Shown: piece after piece, positions 11,601-22,160 of the stretch
How positions within the stretch are numbered: the stretch's first letter is position 1
Layout of the letters: every line of letters begins with the position of its first letter
Assembly: GCA_010909165.1 (NCBI GenBank)
Contig: MU008167.1
Location: forward strand, 1,116,001-1,180,000
DNA: 64,000 nt
Source of the DNA: Anthoceros angustus
Lineage: Eukaryota; Plantae; Anthocerotophyta
Direction of reading: 5' to 3'
Notes under the pieces: model-generated
What the model was told of the DNA's origin: nothing
Seen by the model: the letters and a program-made list of their open reading frames with translations, nothing else
The model's database searches: none
Program-made: the position numbers and the translations under genes

Positions 11601-12594
11601 ACGCTGCATGTCTCTCTTTTTTGCCTTGTGCACCAAGAAGCATGCCCTACTAGGGCAGCTGTTCAGTGTATACGGCCGTGCCTCCAAGGAGTTCAAACAG
11701 GCTGTGAAGCAGAGGATGCCACTTGTTGTGCGATCCATAGGGGCCTCATCTCCTGAGCTACTGAACTTAATAGCTAATCCTCCTCCTGGCAGCTCAAATC
11801 TGCTGCTGGGAGTGTTGCATAGCATTTCGGAAGGCGGTACAATGTCTCAGGAGTTGATCTCCACAGTGAAACAACTGTATGAAAAGCTCCACGATGCTAG
11901 TTTTCTTATCCCAATTCTGTCTTCCTTTTCTAAAGAGGAGGTCCTGCCCATCTTTCCCCGCCTGGTGGAGTTGCCACCAGAAACTTTCCAAAGCTCCCTC
12001 GATCGCATTCTGCAGGGTTCTGCTCATTCTGGTCCTGCAATGACACCAGCAGAGGTTTTACTTGCCCTCCATGATATTGATCCTCGCCGAGACGCTTTGC
12101 CATTGAAGAAGATTACAGATGCCTGCTCAGCCTGCCTTCAGCAGCGAACTGTGTTCACGCAACAGGTTCTGGCAAGAGTGTTGAATCAGATGGTTGAACA
12201 GACTCCACTTCCTTTGCTTTTTATGCGGACTGTGATTCAGGCTGTAGGTGCTTTTCCTTCTCTGGTGGACTTTGTTATGGAAATACTCTCAAGACTTGTT
12301 AATAAGCAGATATGGAAAACTCCAAAGTTGTGGGTCGGTTTTCTCAAATGTGCAAATCAGACTATGCCACGCTCATTTCATGTGTTACTGCAACTACCAG
12401 CGCTTCAGTTGGAGGATGCTTTAAACAAACAGCCGACCTTGAGGGCTCCTCTTGCTGCCCATGCTATGAAGCCAAACATCAGGGCAAATATTCCACGATC
12501 ATCTTTGGTTTTGTTGGGGATTCTCCAGGATGGTCCAGCTCCTGATTCTGTTGCCCCAAGTGCTACCCCACAGGCAGAAATTCCAACGACATGA
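8629..12594 (+). CDS. Symplekin (CPSF/CstF scaffold; Pta1/ESP4-like), single exon, 1321 aa
   Basis: N-terminal DUF3453-type HEAT region (IRLHAIKFVE, IAKKRP); C-terminal symplekin domain (VRTKAIRLVANKL, LPLLFMRTVIQA, ILSRLVNKQIWKTPKLWVGFLKC). Confidence 0.95.
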   Translation: MASVREQAVALLNDAKLQADSSSKVDHLKQLMELVLYRDPDLLGEFVPHLLEFQSEPGWFLRKYLAEMVELVGMKFLKHVPVMVPTLLVLLRDSAAAVVQRAIITATHLFGYTFEQLVLQGIYSRQVEKWLVEAWAGMVKVKEAVFPTASLDGNDVIRLHAIKFVESAILLFTPDPNSSARPSLQAEGASKECNVAWISGGHPILGASELGQEASRSLGLLLGQLRAPEVSSLPGPVAIVLLNSLGNIAKKRPTLFGRILPVLIALGPNCDAIKGSQVTSVIHTLRTNLLGLLKCTHPGAAPWRERLVGALRAMNAGESAEAALRQVGRVLRGADREPGGVVERRPAAVAAKDERLQVSASLFINSTDAGRKRAMVHENGNQAGDVEDLVKRLRPNPSAAAAAAMSSYASHLQSEGQRRVLGLNGKGAGAGAVSLQQQINTMIGDVVSQGGQYETTVDVLIASIPLEVLVDVVVANMMYLPTRPPAQSLSPGADSAYSVDGPAATAGLRLQHSSSHFVVDGRPQHLESRLQPDLRRDPRRGLVPGTGPSLEKDAGVGGAVGVGAVVAGPVVKIERADLVKIEEPTYPGSRDPRGAGRGQASQLPTAKFRPMPIKVEPVDSAPQAQGNEDGGFPAMGLYAELSKPPLVISAHSAPPSNILRLEDLTTALSAAKEGQRSVATSVPGPIPVLPLHVEQQSGLCKRAVMRILECHKAVEAAGRGDLRMATLARLVSQSREDGVLDVFRKYLLADYHVHKGHELALHVLYQLYVGQAFDSDSPPNLLEIHPAYESFLLLLAEGLKDTLPPSDKSLSRLFAESPVLPGSALRLLEGLCTPSSQVKDEKEVLSAERITQGLSIIWSLILQRPPVRETCLRIALQCAVHEHEAVRTKAIRLVANKLYPLSYVAPKIESFAADMLLSVVDPREVPGKVQDSMDVDASTIVQDMETKKMSDQVNGVEGKQGEVLGSVVADEMTGGDDGQRSKINVTMAEAQRCMSLFFALCTKKHALLGQLFSVYGRASKEFKQAVKQRMPLVVRSIGASSPELLNLIANPPPGSSNLLLGVLHSISEGGTMSQELISTVKQLYEKLHDASFLIPILSSFSKEEVLPIFPRLVELPPETFQSSLDRILQGSAHSGPAMTPAEVLLALHDIDPRRDALPLKKITDACSACLQQRTVFTQQVLARVLNQMVEQTPLPLLFMRTVIQAVGAFPSLVDFVMEILSRLVNKQIWKTPKLWVGFLKCANQTMPRSFHVLLQLPALQLEDALNKQPTLRAPLAAHAMKPNIRANIPRSSLVLLGILQDGPAPDSVAPSATPQAEIPTT

Positions 12595-13637
12595 TCATTA
12601 GTGTGGATGCTAATTATCTGGATCTGACCTCATGTTAAGCAGGTTACCTTCTCAAAGAACCAGAGCACCGGCATGGAAAAATGTCTGGAAGTATGCAAGA
12701 TCCCCAGTTCAAATCTCTGACCATGAAAATGCTCAAGAGGGAGACTTCCAGGACAAGCTGCAGGTGGAAGTTTGGAATGTAGAAATGTCTCGCTGTCTTG
12801 ATGGTGGCGGGACATTCTGGGGGAGGTGACTTTTGCTAAGGCTGGCAATGATTGGATTCCAGAACTAGCTGTGGAAGCTTCCTGGCTAGTTTTGGAAAGA
12901 AATGTCAGCCCTGTAAGCTTGACAAGCAATGAAGCAGTCTGGATTCCACGAGCCCCTGTCGGGGCAGGTTCCAGGCAGACAAGTTTGAAGAATGTCTACC
13001 GAGCAGGTACCTCATCTTCCCACCTCTTGTCAGTGGCAGCATGATTCATTTTGTTTGATGTTTGTTCCTGTGTGCTGGTCAGTCAAGCGACCCAGTCTTT
13101 TGAGGATTTCTTGGGAAGTTGGCTGCCTTATATGTTCTCATTTCTGAGACCACTTTCAGGTTCCCTATTCTAATATTTCTCTGCTTCAGGTTTCAAGCCA
13201 TGACGTTCATCCTCTCCGATATTCAAAGATGAGGACTGCACTACCTACTTTGCAGCTAGCCTGGGCACTACTCCCTTGGCACTGCTCTCCCCGTACTAGG
13301 CGAACGTTATTGTTGTGAACATATTCGAAGTGCCCGATACGGCGCTTTGTAATTGTATCACGCAGAAAATGGCAATAATGCTCGTAAACCGTTTCTTCTG
13401 TGTGTGACTTTTGCAAGCGACGATATTCAACACTTATCTCCCTTTGTTTGACAAACTCAATGCCTAATCAACGAATCTTTTCTGCGGGCCAAATGCTTTT
13501 CCAGCAGTGCAGTTCGTCTCAATCATCTACAGACTCGAATGGGTCAAAGCATGTAGGTTACTGTATCTGTTTTCGCTATCTGGATTTAATCGCAAATTTA
13601 TCCTTTCCCGATCACTGGGCGTTTGGGCAAGATATCT

Positions 13638-16108
13638 TCAGAACGTTCTGCCCCTGCTATTGTTTCTCTGCAACACGCGCACAGGAATGCCACCAAGATT
13701 GAAGTCTTCCTGAAGAGCAGAGACCAGAAACCGCAGGTCCGAGGCCTGTAGCTTCCCAACCCCACTGACAAAGACAACAAATGTTGGCGGCCTCGATTTC
13801 ACTTGTGTCATATATCGTACCTTTGGACCATGCCCTCCACCGACTTTAGGATGTCGGCTGATAACCTGTCAGCAAGGAAACTCACCCCAATCGTAAGGTC
13901 CTGGCTCTCCCACACAAGTGCAGACATGAAAGCCATACTACTACCTTCTGCAGCCACTTGTTGAGTTGTGCAGTTGACAACCTGCGACACCACCTCTCGT
14001 AGCAACCAAATACGTTGCTCATGATTTCTGCCCGCCCTTGTCCATCTCTTGCCGATGCGAAACAGACTGGTAGATTGTCAATCTGTAAGACAGCGTACCA
14101 CTTACTCAAAACATGGCCGATAGCAGGGAGGTCTGCAGAGCAGTCTGTTCAAGTTTAAAAGGACTACCTGAGGGAGGAGTAGTTTCAACTCCTTTGGCAC
14201 TGCCTGCAAAACCTTCTTGCGCAGCTTAGCATTTTCAGGACCCTCAAGGAGATCCATTTTGTTCACTACCACAACAAGGCCCCGACCCTCTTCAACCACC
14301 CACTGTGCCAGTGCAGCTTCTGCATGAAGCAGAGTCTTCCTTGCATTTGCAATCTGAGGAATTGCCACCACATTGAGGTACACATAAGTAAACCAATATC
14401 TGGCTACAGGAACTCGCATGTCCTAAGAGTATCAACCAAACCAGCGATGACAGAAAGGGAGTGCAAAGAAATAGACCTCCTCAGCATCTAGCACAAGAGC
14501 TACAATATGCGCCCGCATGATACTTTCCCTTGCATGCATAGCACTCAAAGCGGCAGGTCCCTCTTCTAGGCGAGATCTTTGCATCCATCCAGCTGTATCA
14601 ACCTGAAGGCAAACGATATAAATTTCCAAAACATGTCCCCATCCAAACTAGGCCATTCACCAAATGACAACAGATCACTAACCAGGTAAACCGTCTCTCC
14701 TTCATACTCAAACTTCACACGGACAGCATCCCGCGTGAGACCCGGCTCAGAGCCTGTGAGAACACGCTCCTGCTGGAGCAAAGCATTTAAGAGAGTAGAT
14801 TTTCCAACATTTGGCCGTCCTGCTATGGCCAGCTGCAGTGGAACCTTTTTCACAGCCTCTGTGCTGTCGATATCACCGTTGACATCATCAACTGCACAGA
14901 ATGCAAAGGGAGGTAAACGAAACACCGTACTCACACACTTTCAGATAAGAAGAGAACTAACGAAACGGTAAAATAGTGGGCAGGCAACGAAAGTCCCATT
15001 ACCTGCTCCTTCGTCAAAGGTTTCCAGCATGAACTCTTCGATCCAGGGTTCAAGGGCAGTGAACAACTCACTCATGCCTTCCCCAGTCTCTGCTGAAAGT
15101 GCAAGAGGATCACCAAAACCAAGGCCTTGCGCTTCCGCTAAAGTTGCCAAAATCCCTCCACTTGCATCGTTGTGAAAACCTTCTGCTTTATTCAGCAGAA
15201 CGAGAACACGGATATGTGGAGCATGCCTCCGCAACCACTTGCCAATATCAGCATCCCCGGGATGCAAGCCGGCCCTACCTGAAAGGCATGCTACTCACCG
15301 TAAACGTCTAGCAGGGAAGACAGGTTCTAGCAGGTCCACAGAGATTTCTTAATATACAAAATCAACGGAAGCGAGGGAGAAGAGCCAGGAACCTGCCATC
15401 GACGAGAAACAGAGCAATTTGGCAGTTGCTCAGAGCTGCAGCTGTCAATCCAGCAGTTCTAGCCAAGAGGTTATTACTTTCTGCCTCTGTCTCAAGGCCA
15501 GCTGTGTCAGCCACAATAAATCGCATGTCCCCTAGCCTTGCCATACCCTCTCTCACATCGCGAGTGACATGAGCATCTGGTGTGTCGTACACCAAGGCCT
15601 CCCTTTTTCTTGTCAACCTGTTGGCAACATCGTCAGGCCATTACATGAAAACACACACAAGCCAGAGCATTTTCGCACGAAAGAGGCTATCTCACCTGTT
15701 GAACAAAGCTGATTTGCCCACGTTCGGTCTCCCCACAATCATAACCTTCGGCAGCACCCTGGCACGGGTTCTTCCACTTCCCTGTTCAACAACGGCATCC
15801 GATCGAAATGCCTTCACCTCCCCAGCCTCCCATGACCCGTTGGCAGCATCTTCTACGTGTCGAACTGCCGGGCCGGCCTGTGAAGCCAATGACAGTTCTT
15901 CTCGCTCGCATCTAAGCGCAGCTGTGCACAATGAGGCACCGTGTCTCCCCTCCGACCAAATCCAAGATTGCTTTACAACATCTCGAGCAACATTCCTGAC
16001 ACCGTCCTTGCCCGGCCAGTGCAACCGCCCCAGCGGCTCATACAGGCCGGGCTTGGCATGTCTAAGAGTAGCCAAGCTGGCATCCAACAGACTCCGCCAT
16101 CGCCTCAT
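13638..16108 (-). CDS. der: Double-GTPase Der/EngA, organelle-targeted, 8 exons
   Basis: Two G domains (GRPNVGKS twice, DTAG twice, NKAE/NKMD) and a KH-like tail ([13 protein letters not shown]...[10 protein letters not shown]); approximate exons 16108-15696, 15618-15393, 15275-15003, 14891-14683, 14603-14478, 14353-14168, 14082-13945, 13865-13638; GT-AG introns; Arg-rich presequence. Confidence 0.93.
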
Positions 16109-17049
16109 CAGGGTTCCCGCTCAGGAAGCCTGCTAAACCTCCGAGGCTATCCCCATCTAGGACCGAGAATTGCTTGTCTTCGGCTCTCCAAGTGCCCTAG
16201 CAGATCATCCTGCACCAGGCCGGCATTTAGACAAATCACAGGAATTTTCGCGCACGCACCGACAGCTCCTGGCTGAGCCCCTGGGCCTCAAGTCAGACGT
16301 TGGAAGACTGTTTCGAGCTCTTTCGACTCCGTTTCTTGACAGTGTCGTGCAAGCAACTGTGGGAGAACTACAGCTGAGGATCCAGCACAGGACCAGGACC
16401 AGGCTCTGCAGGCCCTCGTTTGTTGATTCAGCACAAGTTGCTCAGACGATACATTCAGGTTTCAACTGATTCCCTGCACCAGCAGATCTGGCGCACAGAT
16501 TTCACTCGGAAGAAGCCGTCAGACCGATCTGAGGGTACATCTTTTTTCAGATTTGGGACTACGAAGAAACACATGAGCCAGCGGACTCCGGCGTAAATGG
16601 CTGTCTGTCTGGATAGACCTTTGACGATGCTTCGATCAGTAGCAAATCTCAGGGCACGAGTTTGGACCCCCTGAAGCTGTTGCTATTTCTCATCATACTG
16701 AAGTACAAGGCCGCTGCATCCTTCCATGTGTAGTTGTGTAGTAGGAGACAAACGAAAAGCGAATTCTGGGGATAGACCCATTCAAAGAAGGGCACAACGG
16801 GAGTGTGCTGCACGGCTCTTTGGAATAAACCCCAAGCCCCAAGCAACCTCAAGCTCGCTGTTCCTTCGTTCCCGCACCGTGATGTTACGTTAGTTCTCCA
16901 CCGTCCCATTCGCAAAGGTCCGTTGATCTGAGGAGGGTTAGCCTCTCTCCTTGCCAAGATGTGTTTTAAATTATTGTTTGATACAGTAAAAGTACTAATG
17001 AAATGAGATAGAAAGGTAAAAAATTAAAAGATATAAAAAAAATTAAAAA

Positions 17050-17860
17050 AAATAATTAGTAGCTGCCTTGTTAAGGGGATGCATGTGTTGCATGCTTCAT
17101 GCAATCTCTTATTAGAGAGGAATTGCATTGAAAACCTGCCAAGAGAGGATTCTTAGTGATCAATGGTTTGCAATAATCCCTTAAGTTAATAGTTGCCTAA
17201 TTGAGGCAAGCGTGCAGGATATATAAGGGCTAGAGAAAGAGCTTTGAGCATTCATCATTATTCAGCTTATGGTATGCTGGAAGCTTTGTGTTGAGAGAGC
17301 TGTGGAGAGCTTAGCTAGTGAGCTTGTCCTTGAGTCGAGGGCAACTTAGCTAGTGAGTTTGTCCTTGAGTCGAGGGCAACTTAGCTAGTGAGTTTGTCCT
17401 TGAGTCGAGGGCAGTACCTAGTTGGGCGTAGATAGCCAGACTCAAGTGTGTATTCTGTGAATAAAGAGAAGCACCCAGCCGTGAGAGCTAGCACTCAAGT
17501 GTGTATTCTGTGAATAAAGAGAAGCACCTAGCCAGTTGGGCGTAGATAGCCAGACTCAAGTGTGTATTCTGTAAATAAAGAGAAGCACCTAGCCAGTTGG
17601 GCGTAGATAGCCAGACTCAAGTGTGTATTCTGTGAATAAAGAGAAGCACCTCAGGAAAGTGGTCTGTGAGTCATCAATTGACGTTGGGCTACTTGGAGCC
17701 TAGGGCTGTGTGAAATTAAGAGCGCTGAGAGTTGTGCAAGTCTCTTTGTGGAGTGAATTAGCGAGGTCCTAGACTGCTGGGAAGCCAGCACTTGCCGCTT
17801 CTTTCCCAGACTGCTGGGAAGCCAACACTTGCCGCTTCTTTACTGAATGTGTAGTGACGG
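17050..17860 (+). mobile_element. LTR-like repeat with internal tandem duplications
   Basis: Similar to 590-910; 35-bp unit x3 (~17310-17413), ~60-bp unit x~4 (~17415-17650), 37-bp unit x2 (~17771-17842). Confidence 0.6.
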
Positions 17861-18221
17861 GCGTTATTAATTCTCCATTCCTCTTCTATATATATTATGA
17901 CATTCTCATAAATTTTGAATATTACTTTAGTCTTTCAATCTTTATTTGTATACTATATATATGGCCTTGGGACTAGTATTAAAGTCATCCTTTTGCTTAT
18001 AATCTCACAAACTTGACATCCAAGTAAAAGAATAACAAGAAGAACATTACAGTCAACAATACATATGTTATTATTTTGGTTTCTAATATTGAACGACCTT
18101 TGTTTTCCCCCCCGAGTGTTTATATCAACAACTTGTTGTCACGCTGTTAAGACACATTAGTTTCACTCAAGCAAGACGAGCAGCGTGTAACAAAGCCATT
18201 TTTTTATCTACCCTAAAAACC

Positions 18222-19301
18222 ATGGGGCACGATCTTATCTGCTTCAGTCAATCCGAGATTATAAGTATGTCTGCAGCATTATCTTATGTATGCGAAGATT
18301 TGACAAGCATAGTTAAGATTGGAGAAGGTCTTTGTAGCGAGATGTTTTGGGCAAAGGATACAAACTTGGTCTTTAGAGTAATTCCTATGGACAACAGTGC
18401 ATCTCAAAGGACTTCATATAGCCTTGCCGCAGAGCTGAAAATATCGAAACAGTTGCAAGAACTAGAAGATCCGCGGGGAAGTAATTTCTGCACAAACTTC
18501 TCGACAGTCAAGTCACACATAATATGTCGAGGAATCTATCCATCAGAGTTAATTCATGCAAAAAGAGAATCTTCAATCATCAAAAATGAACTCCAGATGG
18601 CATCACATTTTAATCATAATCAACTTTATCTTATGCTGGTGCAAGATTATGGTGGAACAAGATTGGATCAATTTGAGCTAGAAAATTTCAACGAAATACG
18701 AAGCATGTTACTACAAATTGTGCTATCTATTGCAATTGCGGAAGAAGCTTGTGAATTTGAACATCGTAATCTACATTTTGGCAATATTCTTGTGACTCGT
18801 ACCTCGAGCTCAATAATGAGATTTTGCTTGAACAAAAAAGATTTGAATATATTCACTTTTGGATTAAAAGTTAATATCATCGACTTTGAACTTGCACGCA
18901 TTGATATACCAAATGAAAATTGTATTATCTTTACAGATATGGCTAGACCTGGCTTTAATATCTCGAACGAAGGTATATTAAGGCTTGATATCATCAATGA
19001 AGCAATATCTTTTAAACACAAGGAGCTTTTAGATAGCACATTAAATATGCCCCGAGAGATGCTCGAGAACACAAGAACTAGTATGAGGAGGGGATTGCAA
19101 AATAACTTTGCATCACATGTTTCGAGAACTAATATTATTTGGATCCATCATGTAATACTAAGCTCACTATGGACATCACTTGCGGGGTGCACAGCCAACC
19201 ATGTAAGAAAGCTACAATGTTTCAGCATTCGCGTATTATCATATAGACAAGCAAAGGATGTGTTGCAAGATGAATTATTTCATGATCTTTGGATGAATTA
19301 G
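18222..19301 (+). CDS. Haspin-like kinase domain, intronless, probably catalytically inactive
   Basis: KIGEG, QDYGGTRL, RSMLLQIVLSIAIAEEACEFEHRNLHFGNIL, IIDFELARI and RTNIIWIH match haspin motifs; HRD is HRN and the beta3 Lys is Arg. Confidence 0.8.
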   Translation: MGHDLICFSQSEIISMSAALSYVCEDLTSIVKIGEGLCSEMFWAKDTNLVFRVIPMDNSASQRTSYSLAAELKISKQLQELEDPRGSNFCTNFSTVKSHIICRGIYPSELIHAKRESSIIKNELQMASHFNHNQLYLMLVQDYGGTRLDQFELENFNEIRSMLLQIVLSIAIAEEACEFEHRNLHFGNILVTRTSSSIMRFCLNKKDLNIFTFGLKVNIIDFELARIDIPNENCIIFTDMARPGFNISNEGILRLDIINEAISFKHKELLDSTLNMPREMLENTRTSMRRGLQNNFASHVSRTNIIWIHHVILSSLWTSLAGCTANHVRKLQCFSIRVLSYRQAKDVLQDELFHDLWMN

Positions 19302-19376
19302 TTTTATCTAAAAAACTATACTCCTTGATGGATATAATGGATAATAGTTAAGAAAGTTGAGATTCTTATCATATTA

Positions 19377-19725
19377 CCGTACCCCAAGGGGTGATTCGGC
19401 CTTTTTTAATTAAAAATAGTAAAAGTTGAAAATCCAGAAATTATAATACTTAAAATGTTGAATAGGTAAAAATTTATGAGTTTATGATGCCGAAAATAAG
19501 GAAACTAGGGTTTGTGTGGAAAATTAGGGCCTATTTAGGGGAGATCTATACATATCCATAGTTTTATATATATACCTATATATTTTAATAAATTTTGAAA
19601 TTTGATAAAATTATTTTTTGTAAATGTTGAAATTTTAAAAAATATAAATATTTATGTTGAACCTTGTTTTTTTCAAAAAATAATTATTTCGGCATTATCC
19701 TGTTGAACCACCCCTCGGGGTACGG
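19377..19725. mobile_element. Tc1/mariner-pogo-like MITE
   Basis: TA-flanked TIRs ccgtaccccaaggggtgattc / gaaccacccctcggggtacgg (2 mismatches); AT-rich non-coding interior. Confidence 0.8.
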
Positions 19726-20439
19726 TATCTAGTTATTGTAGAAATTATTTGTAAGTATATTAAACGCAACAAAACGGAATCGGCATACATGCACGGTGTG
19801 TAAATGGGCCATAGCCAAAATTGGCATGCATAACAAAAACCTTGATTGAACGGAACAGTGTTATGAGGGGTGGCCACATCACCTCTAGAAGTAGAGGTGT
19901 CAGCCTCCCCAACTCCCTCAACAACTCCCGTGGCGTCTTCCACCACCTCCATCGAAACTCCCTCTATAGGTGCAGGGCTGCTTCCTATGCCGGTAGGTAC
20001 CGTACCTACGCCGGTAGGTCCCTCACCTGCCATTACTTCCGGTCGTCTTTCCCCGATGAAATCTTCGATCGTGGGGGCACCACTTGGAGCCTCCTTATCC
20101 TGGTTCTCTCCCGCATCATTGGAAACCTCTTCTCACTCCGATTCTTTGGAGTCATCTCCACTTCCCTTATCCTCGAAGTCTAAGACCCCCGGCTCCATCT
20201 TCATAAGCTCCTTCTTATCATCACCGATGCGTGGGATCCTAGCAACCTACTCTGAATGAGGCGTGCTACCTCATTCTTTGCCTTAACAACCTTGTTATGA
20301 AGGGTGGCCCCCAACTTCTGATATTGCATCCCCAAATTGAACGGAATTGGCACGAGAAAAATATCCTTCCACACCTTTAACGGCAACATAATTATTTATA
20401 TTTGCAAGAAAATATTTTTTTTCAAAAGATCTTTTGAGA

Positions 20440-20724
20440 TTTAATTAATAAATTAGATTAATGAATTAAATTAATAAATTAGATTAATGAATTAAATTAA
20501 TGAATTAAATTAATAAATTAGATTAATAAATTAGATTAATAAATTAGATTAATGAATTAAATTAATGAATTAAATTAATAAATTAGATTAATAAATTAGA
20601 TTAATAAATTAGATTAATAAATTAGATTAATAAATTAGATTAATAAATTAGATTAATAAATTAGATTAATAAATTAGATTAATAAATTAGATTAATAAAT
20701 TAGATTAATGAATTAGATTAATAA
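20440..20724. repeat. AT-rich 13-bp minisatellite (aaattagattaat)
   Basis: About 20 tandem copies with minor variants. Confidence 0.95.
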
Positions 20725-20915
20725 TGATGTATAGAGATCCTACCTACCCTAGGAAATTGAATGGGATTTGAATCCAAATCTGATATTACTTACAAAATAT
20801 GGCTTTTGTATCAAAAGAAATAACTTACGGAAGAAACCTTAGTCTCTTATCGGGATGGACCGTCACACATGCGTGTCAATTCCGGCTAAACCCTGAACCC
20901 TGCACCCTAAACCCG

Positions 20916-21472
20916 ATCTGCCTTTGCCTTTCCCACTGCTATCGCCTTGTAACATGTACTGGCAGCAAGGCAATGTTGACGCCGTATACGGGCCTCAAGC
21001 AACAAGGATAGGTTGAAGTACAAAGAGATAGGCAGTGCAAGGAGAGTCCTCGGGAATGCAGGGGATATCAGGCTGAAAAGGCCCACTGCGCTGCAACAAT
21101 TGAAGTCCAGCTCTAGAGATCTTGTTGAAAAATGAAGTCTTCTTGCATCACCTGTTGCAGGCAGAGTCCTAGCAGTGCATGATGCCTTGTGGCTAGTTGC
21201 TGCTGCCTGGCACAGGTTCCCGACGACCTGGAATCTCTCAGCTTCTCCAGGTGGTTCCTTAAGGAGAGCTCTCAGTTTGTGCAACTTGGCACATTACTGG
21301 AGATTCAAGGGAAAAAGCAAAGGAAGGTTTGTTATAGCTGCAAGAAAGCAGCTCTTTATTGCTTTGTTATACGAAGATAGCACCATGAGAAGTAGAATGA
21401 ACCCTGAGACGAATTCATGAGTAGTGGAGGTTTTTGAGGTGAGACTACCATGATGGAGGCGTAAGCATTGTG
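20916..21472 (+). pseudogene. Mosaic degenerate copy: SUI1 5' part + intergenic segment + FtsHi4 exon 1
   Basis: Three joined blocks similar to ~23479-23655, ~24376-24471 and ~24664-24963. Confidence 0.85.
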
Positions 21473-22036
21473 AAGAGCAGCTATGCAAGATTGAAGGCTT
21501 CCTGAAAAGCAGAGACTAGAAACGGCATCCATGGCCCGTAAGCTTCTCAACAGCTTGATGGTGGCCCCCATTTCGCTTGTGTCTTTTAGGGATATCTACG
21601 AAGTGTAATGTTTCCTGTTCCTTTTTAATATTGATGCATCCTTATTCCCAACTTTTTCTTGTTCTTGTTTTGCTCACTCACCTACAAATTGTAGACCGAG
21701 CAAACCAAGGAGCCAGGAAGGCAGGTGCCATACCGTCCGGGTCTAAATAGCAGGTGTAACATGATATCACGACGTTGTTGGTATTGTTAGCGCTAGTATG
21801 CATGAGCGGTCAAAAACCGGGTTGTAAGACCTTGGCTCAACTTAAGGATATAAAATCTATTAGAATAATATAAAAGTTTTGAAACCCAAGTGTAAGTGGG
21901 TTACCTACAAGTAGGTAGGCTTAAGGTAAGGTGTAGGACCTACCTGGTGGATGTGTTAGCTGGGTTTAGGGTGTAGGTTGTAGGGAGACAGCCGAGTTCA
22001 GGGTGTAGGTCGTGGGGAGTAGCGAATAAGATAAAT

Positions 22037-22160
22037 GAGGCCAAACTGAATTGAACCCATCATGCCAAGGTTCAGGCCTGAGGCCAAACTAGAATTGAAC
22101 CCATCAGGCCACAGTTCTGGCCTGAGGCCAAATTAGAATTGAACCCATGAGGCCTCGGTT
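22037..22160. repeat. Three ~43-bp tandem units (gaggccaaactagaattgaacccatca...) in TE-like DNA
   Basis: Direct reading. Confidence 0.75.

Noticed and set aside
15582-16136. 184-aa plus-strand ORF
   Set aside because: Antisense shadow of Der exons 1-2.
19695-20389. Acidic low-complexity minus-strand ORF fragments
   Set aside because: Interrupted by stops, no recognisable domain, and flanked by a MITE and a minisatellite.
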